A DNA stretch of 64,000 nt from Minisyncoccota bacterium. Its GTDB lineage: Bacteria > Patescibacteriota > Minisyncoccia > JAHISW01 > Tagabacteraceae. Below are positions 19,301 to 25,959 of the stretch, piece after piece. A program made the translations under genes and the position numbers. The stretch's first letter is position 1. Each line of letters starts with the position of its first letter. The notes beneath the pieces were generated by a model, which saw only the letters and a program-made list of their open reading frames with translations, did no database searches and was not told where the DNA came from. The stretch spans positions 56,447 through 120,446 of the forward strand of contig JAQTSC010000001.1 of the NCBI GenBank assembly GCA_028711505.1, given 5' to 3'.

Positions 19301-20116
19301 GTGAGCGGCAATACTTTTACGAATAATGCCGGTGATGCGATTTTATCCTTCGCTTCCGTGGGAGAATTCACGAATAACACGGCTTCCGGAAATTTAAGAA
19401 ACAGCGTCAGCATTTTTGGAAACATTACCGAACCCGGAGAAAATCTTTTTTTGAAGGCCGACAATCTTGCTTATTATTTTATGCCGGGAGAAAATATTCA
19501 GGTTTCAACTTCTTCGTCTTTGACCATTGAAAAGGGAGCCGTTGTAAAAAGCGATGGAAAACCGCTTTGGGTTTATGGAAATCTTGTTATTGCGGGAGAA
19601 AATTCCGGAGATGTTATTTTCACTTCGTTTTATGACGATACCGCGGCTGGCGATTCAAACGCGGATATGGCACTAAGTTCAGCCGCTCCGGGGCAATTTG
19701 CCGGAATTGAAATTAAGACGGGCGCTTTTCTTCGGGCCAAGGGCTTTGAAATGCGATATTCCGGACACGGGAATTTTGAGGGCGGTAATTCCGCCGGTAT
19801 GGAAATTTTGGGCGGAGTAGCCGATATTTCAAACGCGGTTTTTAGCCAGAATTACGCTCATGGAATTTTTGCCCAAAATTCACCCTCGCTTAAAATTTCA
19901 AACACCAGCTTTAAAAATCACACTATAACCTCGCCATACGGAGTGAAAGCCGCTTTGGCTGTTTATAGCACCATCGCTACGTTTTCAAACATTACTTTTG
20001 AAAATAACTTGATTGGTGTGATAGGGAATTCCGAATCGGTTTTTACAATAGACCCATTGGATTCTATAATTTGGACGAATAATACGGAAAATATGTTGCC
20101 CGTGGATTTATTTTGA
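16322..20116 (+). CDS. Giant secreted multidomain protein: zinc-dependent phospholipase C / P1-nuclease-like N-domain, Pro/Gln-rich linker, Ig/Fn3-like module, lamin-tail domain (LTD), C-terminal right-handed beta-helix repeats
   Basis: Signal peptide MKKAILLFIIFSPLLFSRAVFA. NHFYDP and HLLQDMAVPDH motifs resemble Zn-PLC (alpha-toxin has DHFWDP). PQILPQILPQ linker. LTD signature INEIAWGGTSGRPNDEWVELYN...LANWTL. Multiple NN(I/T)F..N..G(I/A) parallel beta-helix repeats over roughly aa 770-1264. Confidence 0.65.
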   Translation: MKKAILLFIIFSPLLFSRAVFAYNDTNTHPALTDETIDFYNSISENKLTDEEKEWIISGAEGEDTPPRWTNHFYDPVYDEGFTGERGPSNIINELSGKYSDVWLSVEDAVSAKIWSQNQELQAKYRLYKGNKTWEKAIYEYVKNNNKQEAFYSLGFVLHLLQDMAVPDHTRNDSHPPTDGSPYENYCVGFNRNNFSIQDKIKGNQPASLTSLDNYFDYLANYSNKYFFSKDTINDEKYENPKIIKVEGDYGYGPDNRGNEFKIVGATREIKNGELKISYFLRTQEEKVFESYWSRLSTEAVLSGAGVIELFFSEAEKAKNNQNLLEEPPQEKSAIVSIFMGDFSFAGEYFRMGKLANGAKDWFSNTFNNFASALMSPFYGKNNLNSGLANVVFSESSEAEPPAQSAYDDEIEQPQILPQILPQETIQAFETQTQETSAEIEVLEEILPEAVITEVIPEPEQIPDFLKTIPIPPIAMGGGGSPSVGSTVLPQTNSTQNSSNQPESSSFVSAPPEPPADTTPPDISFEIAECADSFSEEGCVIAPQIIHLSWQSVAGDIEEFELTINGTAQALATTSTSTEFSAIQDNAAHSFSIRAKDSSDNYSDPQSIDIEIFSAPIVINEIAWGGTSGRPNDEWVELYNKSSSAINLANWTLSSADSEPYIILSGKISQKGYCLLERTDDNTISDIAADLIYTGALNNTGDDHLTLYFASTTIDQTPLGNWPAGTSAGFSMERYDSKTSGDNPSNWLTNDTPIANGLASGPEFYKIAGTPKQRNSANYLVNKNQNIFSDIVLKKSESPYFIDGTVINVSASATLTIEPGVVIKFHNDAGLKIDGKILAQGTENDKIVFTSIMDDEYGGDTNGADATTTLPYPGSWFGVVVSETAPAGSIFDYAILRYAGKYYTGQTQERALLASKGSVITVSNSIFEYSKVYGLKLAGSNSLVKNNIFRNNNTAGITSPKAALYAGSCLPTISGNLFEKNNAGIYLADAPGIVSGNTFTNNAGDAILSFASVGEFTNNTASGNLRNSVSIFGNITEPGENLFLKADNLAYYFMPGENIQVSTSSSLTIEKGAVVKSDGKPLWVYGNLVIAGENSGDVIFTSFYDDTAAGDSNADMALSSAAPGQFAGIEIKTGAFLRAKGFEMRYSGHGNFEGGNSAGMEILGGVADISNAVFSQNYAHGIFAQNSPSLKISNTSFKNHTITSPYGVKAALAVYSTIATFSNITFENNLIGVIGNSESVFTIDPLDSIIWTNNTENMLPVDLF

Positions 20117-20265
20117 CGGGCAAGAAATCATTTTCCGCTCGTGTTCCTCTCGTACATTTTGCTTTTTTTCTTCAATAAGGCTTTTTTACGGCGCTGGACA
20201 TTTTGTTTCGGCTTGCTAATATTTTTGCAGATTGACAATTTCAATTCAAAAGGAGAGGAGGGGTT

Positions 20266-20595
20266 ATGAAGATTTCGGAATATGCGGATTTTCAGGAAGC
20301 GGTTCTTTCTTTTCAGCCGTTGGACAAAGAATTTATAAGTGTTCGCCATGAACTCGATCCTACGGAAGAAATAAGACCGCATTATCATCCTAAAGCCACG
20401 GAGTGGATTATTGTTTGCGAAGGCACTTTTGATGTTCAAATCGGGGACGAAGCGCTTACCTTTTATAGCGTTTCGCCCGGCGAGTTTTTGGTGATAGAAA
20501 TTCCAAAAAAAGAGCCGCATACTTTTTACGCGCAAAAAAAGACGAAATATCATGTATATCGGGAAAGGAAGGACAGAATAATTTACTGCAAATAA
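20266..20595 (+). CDS. Cupin-domain protein 1
   Basis: 109 aa with strong RBS AGGAGAGGAGGGG. Two-His cupin motif HYHPKATEWIIVCEGTFDV...PGEFLVIEIPKKEPHTFY. Confidence 0.7.
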   Translation: MKISEYADFQEAVLSFQPLDKEFISVRHELDPTEEIRPHYHPKATEWIIVCEGTFDVQIGDEALTFYSVSPGEFLVIEIPKKEPHTFYAQKKTKYHVYRERKDRIIYCK

Positions 20596-20615
20596 AAAAC
20601 AAGGAGGATCTTTGG

Positions 20616-20978
20616 GTGATAAAAACGGTTATAGGCGTCAAAAAATTGCCATTAACTTCCAATGTATGCAAGCAGGCTGTAAGAGAGGTCATTAATCTTA
20701 ACCGGGCAAGCGTTGCCCATGTGGAAGTGCAGCCGGGAGATGCATCTCTTTTGCACAGACATAAAATCTTTACTCAGCTCTATTACATTTTGGAAGGCAG
20801 GGGCAGGATGTATGTTGGCGGACGCGGTGATTTTCCGGTGGCTAAAGACACTTTGATTTGGATAGCTCCGGGAAGGCCGCACAAATTGGAAAATACGGGC
20901 AGAAAGATTTTAAGCCATTTGGTCATCTCTATTCCCCCATTCAGTCAAACCGATGTGGAGGTAATTGATGAGCAATAA
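20616..20978 (+). CDS. Cupin-domain protein 2
   Basis: GTG start with RBS AAGGAGG 8 nt upstream. HRHKIFTQLYYILEGRGRMYV...IWIAPGRPHKLENTG cupin barrel. Confidence 0.65.
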   Translation: MIKTVIGVKKLPLTSNVCKQAVREVINLNRASVAHVEVQPGDASLLHRHKIFTQLYYILEGRGRMYVGGRGDFPVAKDTLIWIAPGRPHKLENTGRKILSHLVISIPPFSQTDVEVIDEQ

Positions 20979-21345
20979 ATCGTACGTCGGAAAAAGAAAA
21001 AAGGGAGGTTTTTCTGTTGCCAAAGACGGCGCTTTTATTTCTGAATTTGAATGGCCTGGCAATTCTAAGATTCGGAAAACAAGCACCACCTGCGGTCGTC
21101 TCAATCCAGGGCAAAAAGCAAAGCTTCATCGCCATGAGGTTTCCGAAGAAATGTGTTATGTGCTATCAGGTCATGGCGAGATAAAGGTGGGTGAGATTGT
21201 AGAAAAAATAGGAAAAGGTGATGTTGTCTGCATACCCGCCCGCGCTGCTCACTCGCTTAAAAACATCAGTCAAAAGAAACTTTTGAAAGTTTTAGCTTTT
21301 TATTCTCCCATGTGTACGGACGGCAGCACTACTTTTCTTGAATAG
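20965..21345 (+). CDS. Cupin-domain protein 3
   Basis: Overlaps cupin 2 by 14 nt, with RBS GGAGG. HRHEVSEEMCYVLSGHGEIKVG...VCIPARAAHSLKN cupin barrel. Confidence 0.7.
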   Translation: MMSNKSYVGKRKKGGFSVAKDGAFISEFEWPGNSKIRKTSTTCGRLNPGQKAKLHRHEVSEEMCYVLSGHGEIKVGEIVEKIGKGDVVCIPARAAHSLKNISQKKLLKVLAFYSPMCTDGSTTFLE

Positions 21346-21363
21346 CTGAACTGTTTTAGGGTA

Positions 21364-21391
21364 TTGACAGATTTTTATGGGTAAGTATAAT
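21364..21391 (+). promoter_or_regulatory. Sigma70-type promoter (TTGACA - 16 nt - TATAAT)
   Basis: Consensus -35 and -10 hexamers read directly at 21364-21369 and 21386-21391. Confidence 0.55.
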
Positions 21392-21631
21392 AATTTTAGA
21401 ATCTTAAAAAAGAAGGGAGGTGAAAAACATACTGTAAAGCGTAAGCGGCTGCAGGTCCCCGGCGGTGTTTAAATAACACTTTTCACCCATCCGGGCTGGT
21501 GTTGCCGAACCCATTTTTTGGGAGGACATTTATTATGTGTCGTTACCAAGGGCCCTTAGACTATGGCTAGCGTTTTGATTCTAGCGTCTCTTCTTTTTAT
21601 GTTTTTGTGATGATGCGAGTACTCTCGCGGC
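21392..21631 (+). ncRNA. Candidate structured leader / small RNA of unassigned family between the consensus promoter and a strong terminator
   Basis: GC-rich stems in an AT-rich background (CCCGGCGGTG...CACCCATCCGGG; GCGAGTACTCTCGC). Two tiny ORFs with GGGAGG RBSs (the clearer one is MCRYQGPLDYG). Ends at the terminator at 21632-21670, about 55 nt before the FecR-domain gene start. No match to SRP, RNase P or tmRNA motifs that I could recognise. Confidence 0.25.
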
Positions 21632-21670
21632 GGGGTGTCCGGATTTTTCCTGGGCACCCCCTTTTTTTAT
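21632..21670 (+). terminator. Rho-independent terminator (GGGGTGTCC...GGGCACCCC + T7)
   Basis: 9-bp GC stem followed by CTTTTTTTATTT. Confidence 0.75.
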
Positions 21671-21725
21671 TTGTTTTGGGTTTTTAAAAAGCGTAAAATT
21701 CAGAATATAGAAACAAAAGATAAAA

Positions 21726-23123
21726 ATGAAGCATAAATTTATTTTTGGTTTTATCGCGTTTATTTTAATTTCCGCCGCTGGGGGCGCGGCTGTGCTTGTT
21801 AATCATTACAAAAAAGCAAGAATCGGGGCTTCGGAGGACGGCGGCGTCGCGCAAAATATTCAAGTTTCAAAACCATGGGTGGAAGTGTTAAAGCCGAACG
21901 TTTACGCGTCTGTTGAAAGCGGCGAAAAAAAATCTTTGCAGACCGGAGATGAAATTGATTCCGGCTATACCGTAGAGACCGACACATGGGGTTTGGCGAA
22001 CATTTATTTTCCGGATGGCTCGGTGGCGCGCCTTGATTCCGGAACGCAGATTTTTTTGGAAGAAGGCGAATACAGCGATTCAGACCAAAGTCTGAAAGTA
22101 AAAATATCTTTAAGCGCCGGCAGGGTGTGGTCTAAAATAATAGAACTTGCCACACCCGATTCGCTTTGGGAAGTGAAAACAACGAATGCGGTTGCCACTG
22201 TGCGCGGCACCGCTTTCGGTTTTGAACACATAGACGGAAAATCCAGCGTCGTCGGTTCTGAAAATCAGGTGGAGCTGGCGCCGATTGACCCGGACACGAA
22301 AGAAATTTTAACCGACAAAAAAGTAATTATTTCGCCGAATAAAATAGTTGAATTGAAAAGGCAGGATTTGGGAGAAATTAAATCAGGCAAAATCGCCATC
22401 GCGGATAAAGTGAAAGAAGCAGGGCCTGAAGTTTTGGAAAAGGAATGGGTAAAACGCGCCGCGGCGTCCGATGTCGTTTTAAACGAAAAAATTAAAGAAA
22501 TAAAACAAAGGGTGGAAGAAAACAGAGGCGAGGATATAAATAAGGAAGAATTGAAAAAAGAAATCAAGCAGGAAATTCGCAATGAAATCAAAAAAGACGC
22601 GATAAAACCTTTTATTCAGGAAATAGAAAAGAGGAGGATTGAGAAAGAAGAGTCAAAGCAAAAGTCAAAAGATAATATTTTGGAAAATAAAAATATTCAG
22701 AGCGAAGAGAAAAAAATTTTAAAACCTCAAACCGAAGGCGGGCAAGCGGGAACGGGCGCTGGAAACCAGGGAACAAAAGAATCTTTAAAGCCGATTAAAT
22801 TATTGGTAAGACCCGCGGATTTTTCCGGTGAAATAAAAGAAGGAGAGAGAATAACTTTTCAGGCGGTGCTTATCATGGCCGACAATTCGGAAAAAATCGT
22901 TACCGAAGGCGTAAAGTGGCAAGTTCTTGGGCAAATGGGAAAAATGGAGCGGCCCGGGGTTTTTTATGCCGAGCTTGATTCGACGATTTCCGAGTTTGGG
23001 GAAGCGTCAGGCGCGGTAATAGCGGTTTGGGAAAGCGAAGACGGAACTGTAAATTTTTTGGCAAAAACGAAAATTTTTAAAGTGAGAGCCCGCGTTGAAG
23101 AAACAACTGACACCCGCGGATAA
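21726..23123 (+). CDS. Membrane-anchored FecR-domain protein with Lys/Glu-rich coiled-coil and C-terminal Ig-like region
   Basis: N-terminal TM helix. FecR-like beta segment (DSGYTVETDTWGLANIYFPDGSVARLDSGTQIF...VATVRGTAFGF). KEIKQEIRNEIKKD charged repeats. Confidence 0.55.
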   Translation: MKHKFIFGFIAFILISAAGGAAVLVNHYKKARIGASEDGGVAQNIQVSKPWVEVLKPNVYASVESGEKKSLQTGDEIDSGYTVETDTWGLANIYFPDGSVARLDSGTQIFLEEGEYSDSDQSLKVKISLSAGRVWSKIIELATPDSLWEVKTTNAVATVRGTAFGFEHIDGKSSVVGSENQVELAPIDPDTKEILTDKKVIISPNKIVELKRQDLGEIKSGKIAIADKVKEAGPEVLEKEWVKRAAASDVVLNEKIKEIKQRVEENRGEDINKEELKKEIKQEIRNEIKKDAIKPFIQEIEKRRIEKEESKQKSKDNILENKNIQSEEKKILKPQTEGGQAGTGAGNQGTKESLKPIKLLVRPADFSGEIKEGERITFQAVLIMADNSEKIVTEGVKWQVLGQMGKMERPGVFYAELDSTISEFGEASGAVIAVWESEDGTVNFLAKTKIFKVRARVEETTDTRG

Positions 23124-23124
23124 T

Positions 23125-24882
23125 ATGAAATCTAAAATATACTATTTTATTATTGCCTCGCTTGCCGGCGTTTTGGTTTGTTTTTCTTTTTATTTCGGGA
23201 TTTTTTCCGGACTTGAAGTTTTTTTTGAAGATTTGTTTTTCGCGCCGAAGCCGGTGAGCGGAGATTTTGTGATTGTTTCGATTGACGACGAGTCTTTGTC
23301 GCGTATCGGTCAGTGGCCGTGGCCGCGCGAGGTTTTTGCAAAAGCTCTTCTGGAGATGGAAAAAAATACCCCGCTTGCCGCAGGGATGGACATTGTTTTT
23401 TCGGAACTTTCTTCAAATGGAGCTGAAGACGACGAAAAGCTGGCGTCTGCTTTGGGAAAAATTTCTTATCCCGTTGTCTTGGCAAGCGAAGCGCAAAATA
23501 TTTTTTTAAGCCAGGACGGGACAATTACGGCTTCGGAATTTATAAAACCGCTGGATAGTTTTACAAATGAAAAAAACGTAAGTTTGGGGCATGTGAATTT
23601 GATTTTAGACAGAGATAATGTGGCGAGAAAAATCCCTTTTTTGATTTCTGAAAAAAGTCCCGAAGGAATCGAATCCCAGATGCCGTTTGCTTATGAAATT
23701 GTTAAAAAAACCGGGAAAAATATCAGCAGTGAGCGGACGCTTGAAGGCGTAAACCGCATTGTTTATTCATCTTTGCCCGGAACGATAAAAAGAATTCCTT
23801 TTTGGCGTGTTTTGGAAGGGCAGGTTTCGGGCGAATTGAAAGACAAAATTGTTTTCATTGGCGCGACGGCGCCGGATCTTCATGACGATAAACCTGTTCC
23901 GAATGCCAGGGGAAAAACGATGGCGGGTGTTGAAATACAAGCAAATGTCGCGAACATGCTTATTTTCGGTTATCGTTTGGTTCCGCTTGGCAAGTTCTAT
24001 TCCTTTTTGTGGATTTTTATCAGCGCGCTGTTTCCGGTTATTTTTATTTTGTTGTTCAGGCGTTTTCTTTCCGCGCTGTCCGGTGTTTTGATTTTGGGAA
24101 TTTTATATATTATTTTTTGCGCGGTCCTTTTTGACCTTGGAGTAAGCGCCAGCGTTTTGCACATAAGTTTGTCGTGGCTTCTTTCTTCCGCGGGACTTTT
24201 CGGATTCAGACATTTTTCCGGAGAAAAAGACAAACTTCAGCTTAAGCGGATTTTTTCCAAATATGTTTCCGCCGGAGTTTTGGAAGAAATTTTAAGCAAT
24301 CCGAAAAAGGTCGCGCTTGGCGGAGAAGAAAAAGAAATTACGGTTTTGTTTTCCGACATAAGGGGATTTACTTCCATTTCGGAAAAAACTCCGCCGAAAG
24401 AACTTGTTAGAATTTTAAATAAATATTTTTCGGCGATGACGGAAGAAATTTTGAAACAGGGCGGAGTTTTGGATAAATATATAGGCGATGCGATAATGGC
24501 TTTTTGGGGAGCTCCTTTGGAAGAGCCGGACCAGGCGGATAACGCTTTGAGAGCGTCAAAAAACATGATGAAAAGGCTGAAAATTCTAAATGAGGAGTTT
24601 AAGGCCGCCGGAGACCCGGAAATAAACATAGGAATAGGGCTTTGTTCGGGCATGGCGGTGGTGGGAAACGTAGGTTCGGAAGAAAGGTTTGATTATACGG
24701 CGATAGGTGATACGGTGAACGCGGCTTCGCGGCTTGAAGGGCTTACGAAAGAATATCAAGTAAAAATAATTTTGAGCGAAAGCGTGAAAGCTAAGGCAAA
24801 AAACGATTATGATTTTAAATACCTCGGAGCGGCGGCGGTAAAAGGGAAAGACGAGCCGATAAAAATTTACACCGTCATTTAA
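23125..24882 (+). CDS. CHASE2 sensor-domain class III adenylate/guanylate cyclase
   Basis: ATG 23125 sits 1 nt after the upstream stop. Periplasmic CHASE2-like domain (VIVSIDDESLSRIGQWPWPR), TM block, then cyclase core (ITVLFSDIRGFTSISE...KYIGDAIMAFWGAP...GIGLCSGMAVVGNVGS). Confidence 0.8.
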   Translation: MKSKIYYFIIASLAGVLVCFSFYFGIFSGLEVFFEDLFFAPKPVSGDFVIVSIDDESLSRIGQWPWPREVFAKALLEMEKNTPLAAGMDIVFSELSSNGAEDDEKLASALGKISYPVVLASEAQNIFLSQDGTITASEFIKPLDSFTNEKNVSLGHVNLILDRDNVARKIPFLISEKSPEGIESQMPFAYEIVKKTGKNISSERTLEGVNRIVYSSLPGTIKRIPFWRVLEGQVSGELKDKIVFIGATAPDLHDDKPVPNARGKTMAGVEIQANVANMLIFGYRLVPLGKFYSFLWIFISALFPVIFILLFRRFLSALSGVLILGILYIIFCAVLFDLGVSASVLHISLSWLLSSAGLFGFRHFSGEKDKLQLKRIFSKYVSAGVLEEILSNPKKVALGGEEKEITVLFSDIRGFTSISEKTPPKELVRILNKYFSAMTEEILKQGGVLDKYIGDAIMAFWGAPLEEPDQADNALRASKNMMKRLKILNEEFKAAGDPEINIGIGLCSGMAVVGNVGSEERFDYTAIGDTVNAASRLEGLTKEYQVKIILSESVKAKAKNDYDFKYLGAAAVKGKDEPIKIYTVI

Positions 24883-24946
24883 ATATCCACATTTTTCGCC
24901 GCCTCCGCTGTCTTATGTTTTTAAAATCGGATATAATCATTTTATT

Positions 24947-25561
24947 ATGACTACAACAAAAAGGGATTATTTATATGCGATTATCGCCGGCGTCGCCGCG
25001 GCTTTTTTTATTTTTCCGTCTCTTAAAAATATCAAAATAGGGGGCGGGACAGCGATGTATTTTTTGCCGGTTGTTCTGCCTGTCTTGTGGATTATCGGTT
25101 TGGCTTTCGGTAAATTGATAAGCCGGTTTGTTTCGTTCGGCTATCAGTTCGCGAAATTCGTCATTGTCGGTTTTTTGAATACCGCGATTGATTTTGGCGT
25201 GTTAAATTTTTTGAGTGCCATAACCGGGCTCACCGGCGGGTTTCTTCTCGGAGGCGTAAACGTTCCCGGATTTATTCTTGCCGCCACAAACAGTTATTTC
25301 TGGAATAAGTTTTGGGTTTTCAGCCATAAGCGGTTGCCGGGAGAAAAAATCGATTACAGCGATTTTGCCAGTTTTGTGTTCGTTGTTTTGTTCGGAGTTA
25401 TTGTAAACGGAGGCATAGTAATTTTGATGACGACTTACATTTCTCCGCTTTTTAATCTTTCTCCGGAAAGATGGCTGAATATCGCGAAAGTTATTGCCAC
25501 AGCCTTCTCTCTTATTTGGAATTTTATCGGCTTTAAGTTGATAGTATTCGGCAAAAAATAG
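24947..25561 (+). CDS. GtrA-family membrane protein (polysaccharide/glycolipid flippase-associated)
   Basis: 204 aa, 4 TM helices. GtrA-like FVIVGFLNTAIDFGVLNFL and C-terminal FSLIWNFIGFKLIVFGK. Confidence 0.65.
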   Translation: MTTTKRDYLYAIIAGVAAAFFIFPSLKNIKIGGGTAMYFLPVVLPVLWIIGLAFGKLISRFVSFGYQFAKFVIVGFLNTAIDFGVLNFLSAITGLTGGFLLGGVNVPGFILAATNSYFWNKFWVFSHKRLPGEKIDYSDFASFVFVVLFGVIVNGGIVILMTTYISPLFNLSPERWLNIAKVIATAFSLIWNFIGFKLIVFGKK

Positions 25562-25685
25562 AGTTGACAAAGTAAGAAGTTTGTCGGGAAGATAGACGAA
25601 AGCATAATGAAGAGAAACTTTTAAAGCTTGAAGGTCGTTTCAATAGATGAAGGAACGTCGCTATAAAATAAGGCGACGCTCACAA

Positions 25686-25716
25686 AAACCCCGCGAATAG
25701 GCGGGGTTTTTGTGTT
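25686..25716 (+). terminator. Rho-independent terminator (AAAACCCCGC...GCGGGGTTTT)
   Basis: 10-bp stem plus TTTTTGTGTTGTTTT downstream of the GtrA-like gene. Confidence 0.75.
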
Positions 25717-25723
25717 GTTTTGA

Positions 25724-25776
25724 GTAAAAAAAGAGCCCAGCACCTTTATTGGCAAAAGCCTAAAAGGTGCTGGGCG
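25724..25776 (-). terminator. Minus-strand terminator (CCCAGCACCTTT...AAAGGTGCTGGG + T-run on minus)
   Basis: 12-bp stem. The T-tract (CTCTTTTTTT) is present only on the minus strand. Immediately 3' of the 21-aa ORF. Confidence 0.6.
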
Positions 25777-25778
25777 AG

Positions 25779-25844
25779 TCAGCAGCCGCATTCGCTGCCG
25801 CAGTTCATGGCCAAAGTTCCATGGATTATCAGCCTGTCTCTCAT
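25779..25844 (-). CDS. Candidate 21-aa Cys-rich micro-protein (MRDRLIIHGTLAMNCGSECGC)
   Basis: RBS AAGGAGG 9 nt upstream of ATG. Candidate promoter on minus (TTGTTT - 16 nt - TATAAT). Own terminator directly downstream. Below the ORF-track size cutoff. Confidence 0.3.
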   Translation of the reverse strand: MRDRLIIHGTLAMNCGSECGC

Positions 25845-25959
25845 GTTTGTAAGCCTCCTTTCTTAGGATAGAGCAACTCTGTTTGTATTATATTACAAAA
25901 TTTTGTTAAAACAAGCGGCGGGCTTTTTTTGTTGCCGTTTTTAATTTAATATAAAAACA

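Noticed and set aside
21392-21670. Considered SRP RNA, RNase P RNA or tmRNA for the structured region
   Set aside because: The region lacks the SRP domain IV GGAAGGAAGCAGC core, the RNase P P4 AGGAAAGUCCGGGCUC core, and a tRNA-like 3' end. It is too short for RNase P or tmRNA. Left as an unassigned leader/ncRNA.
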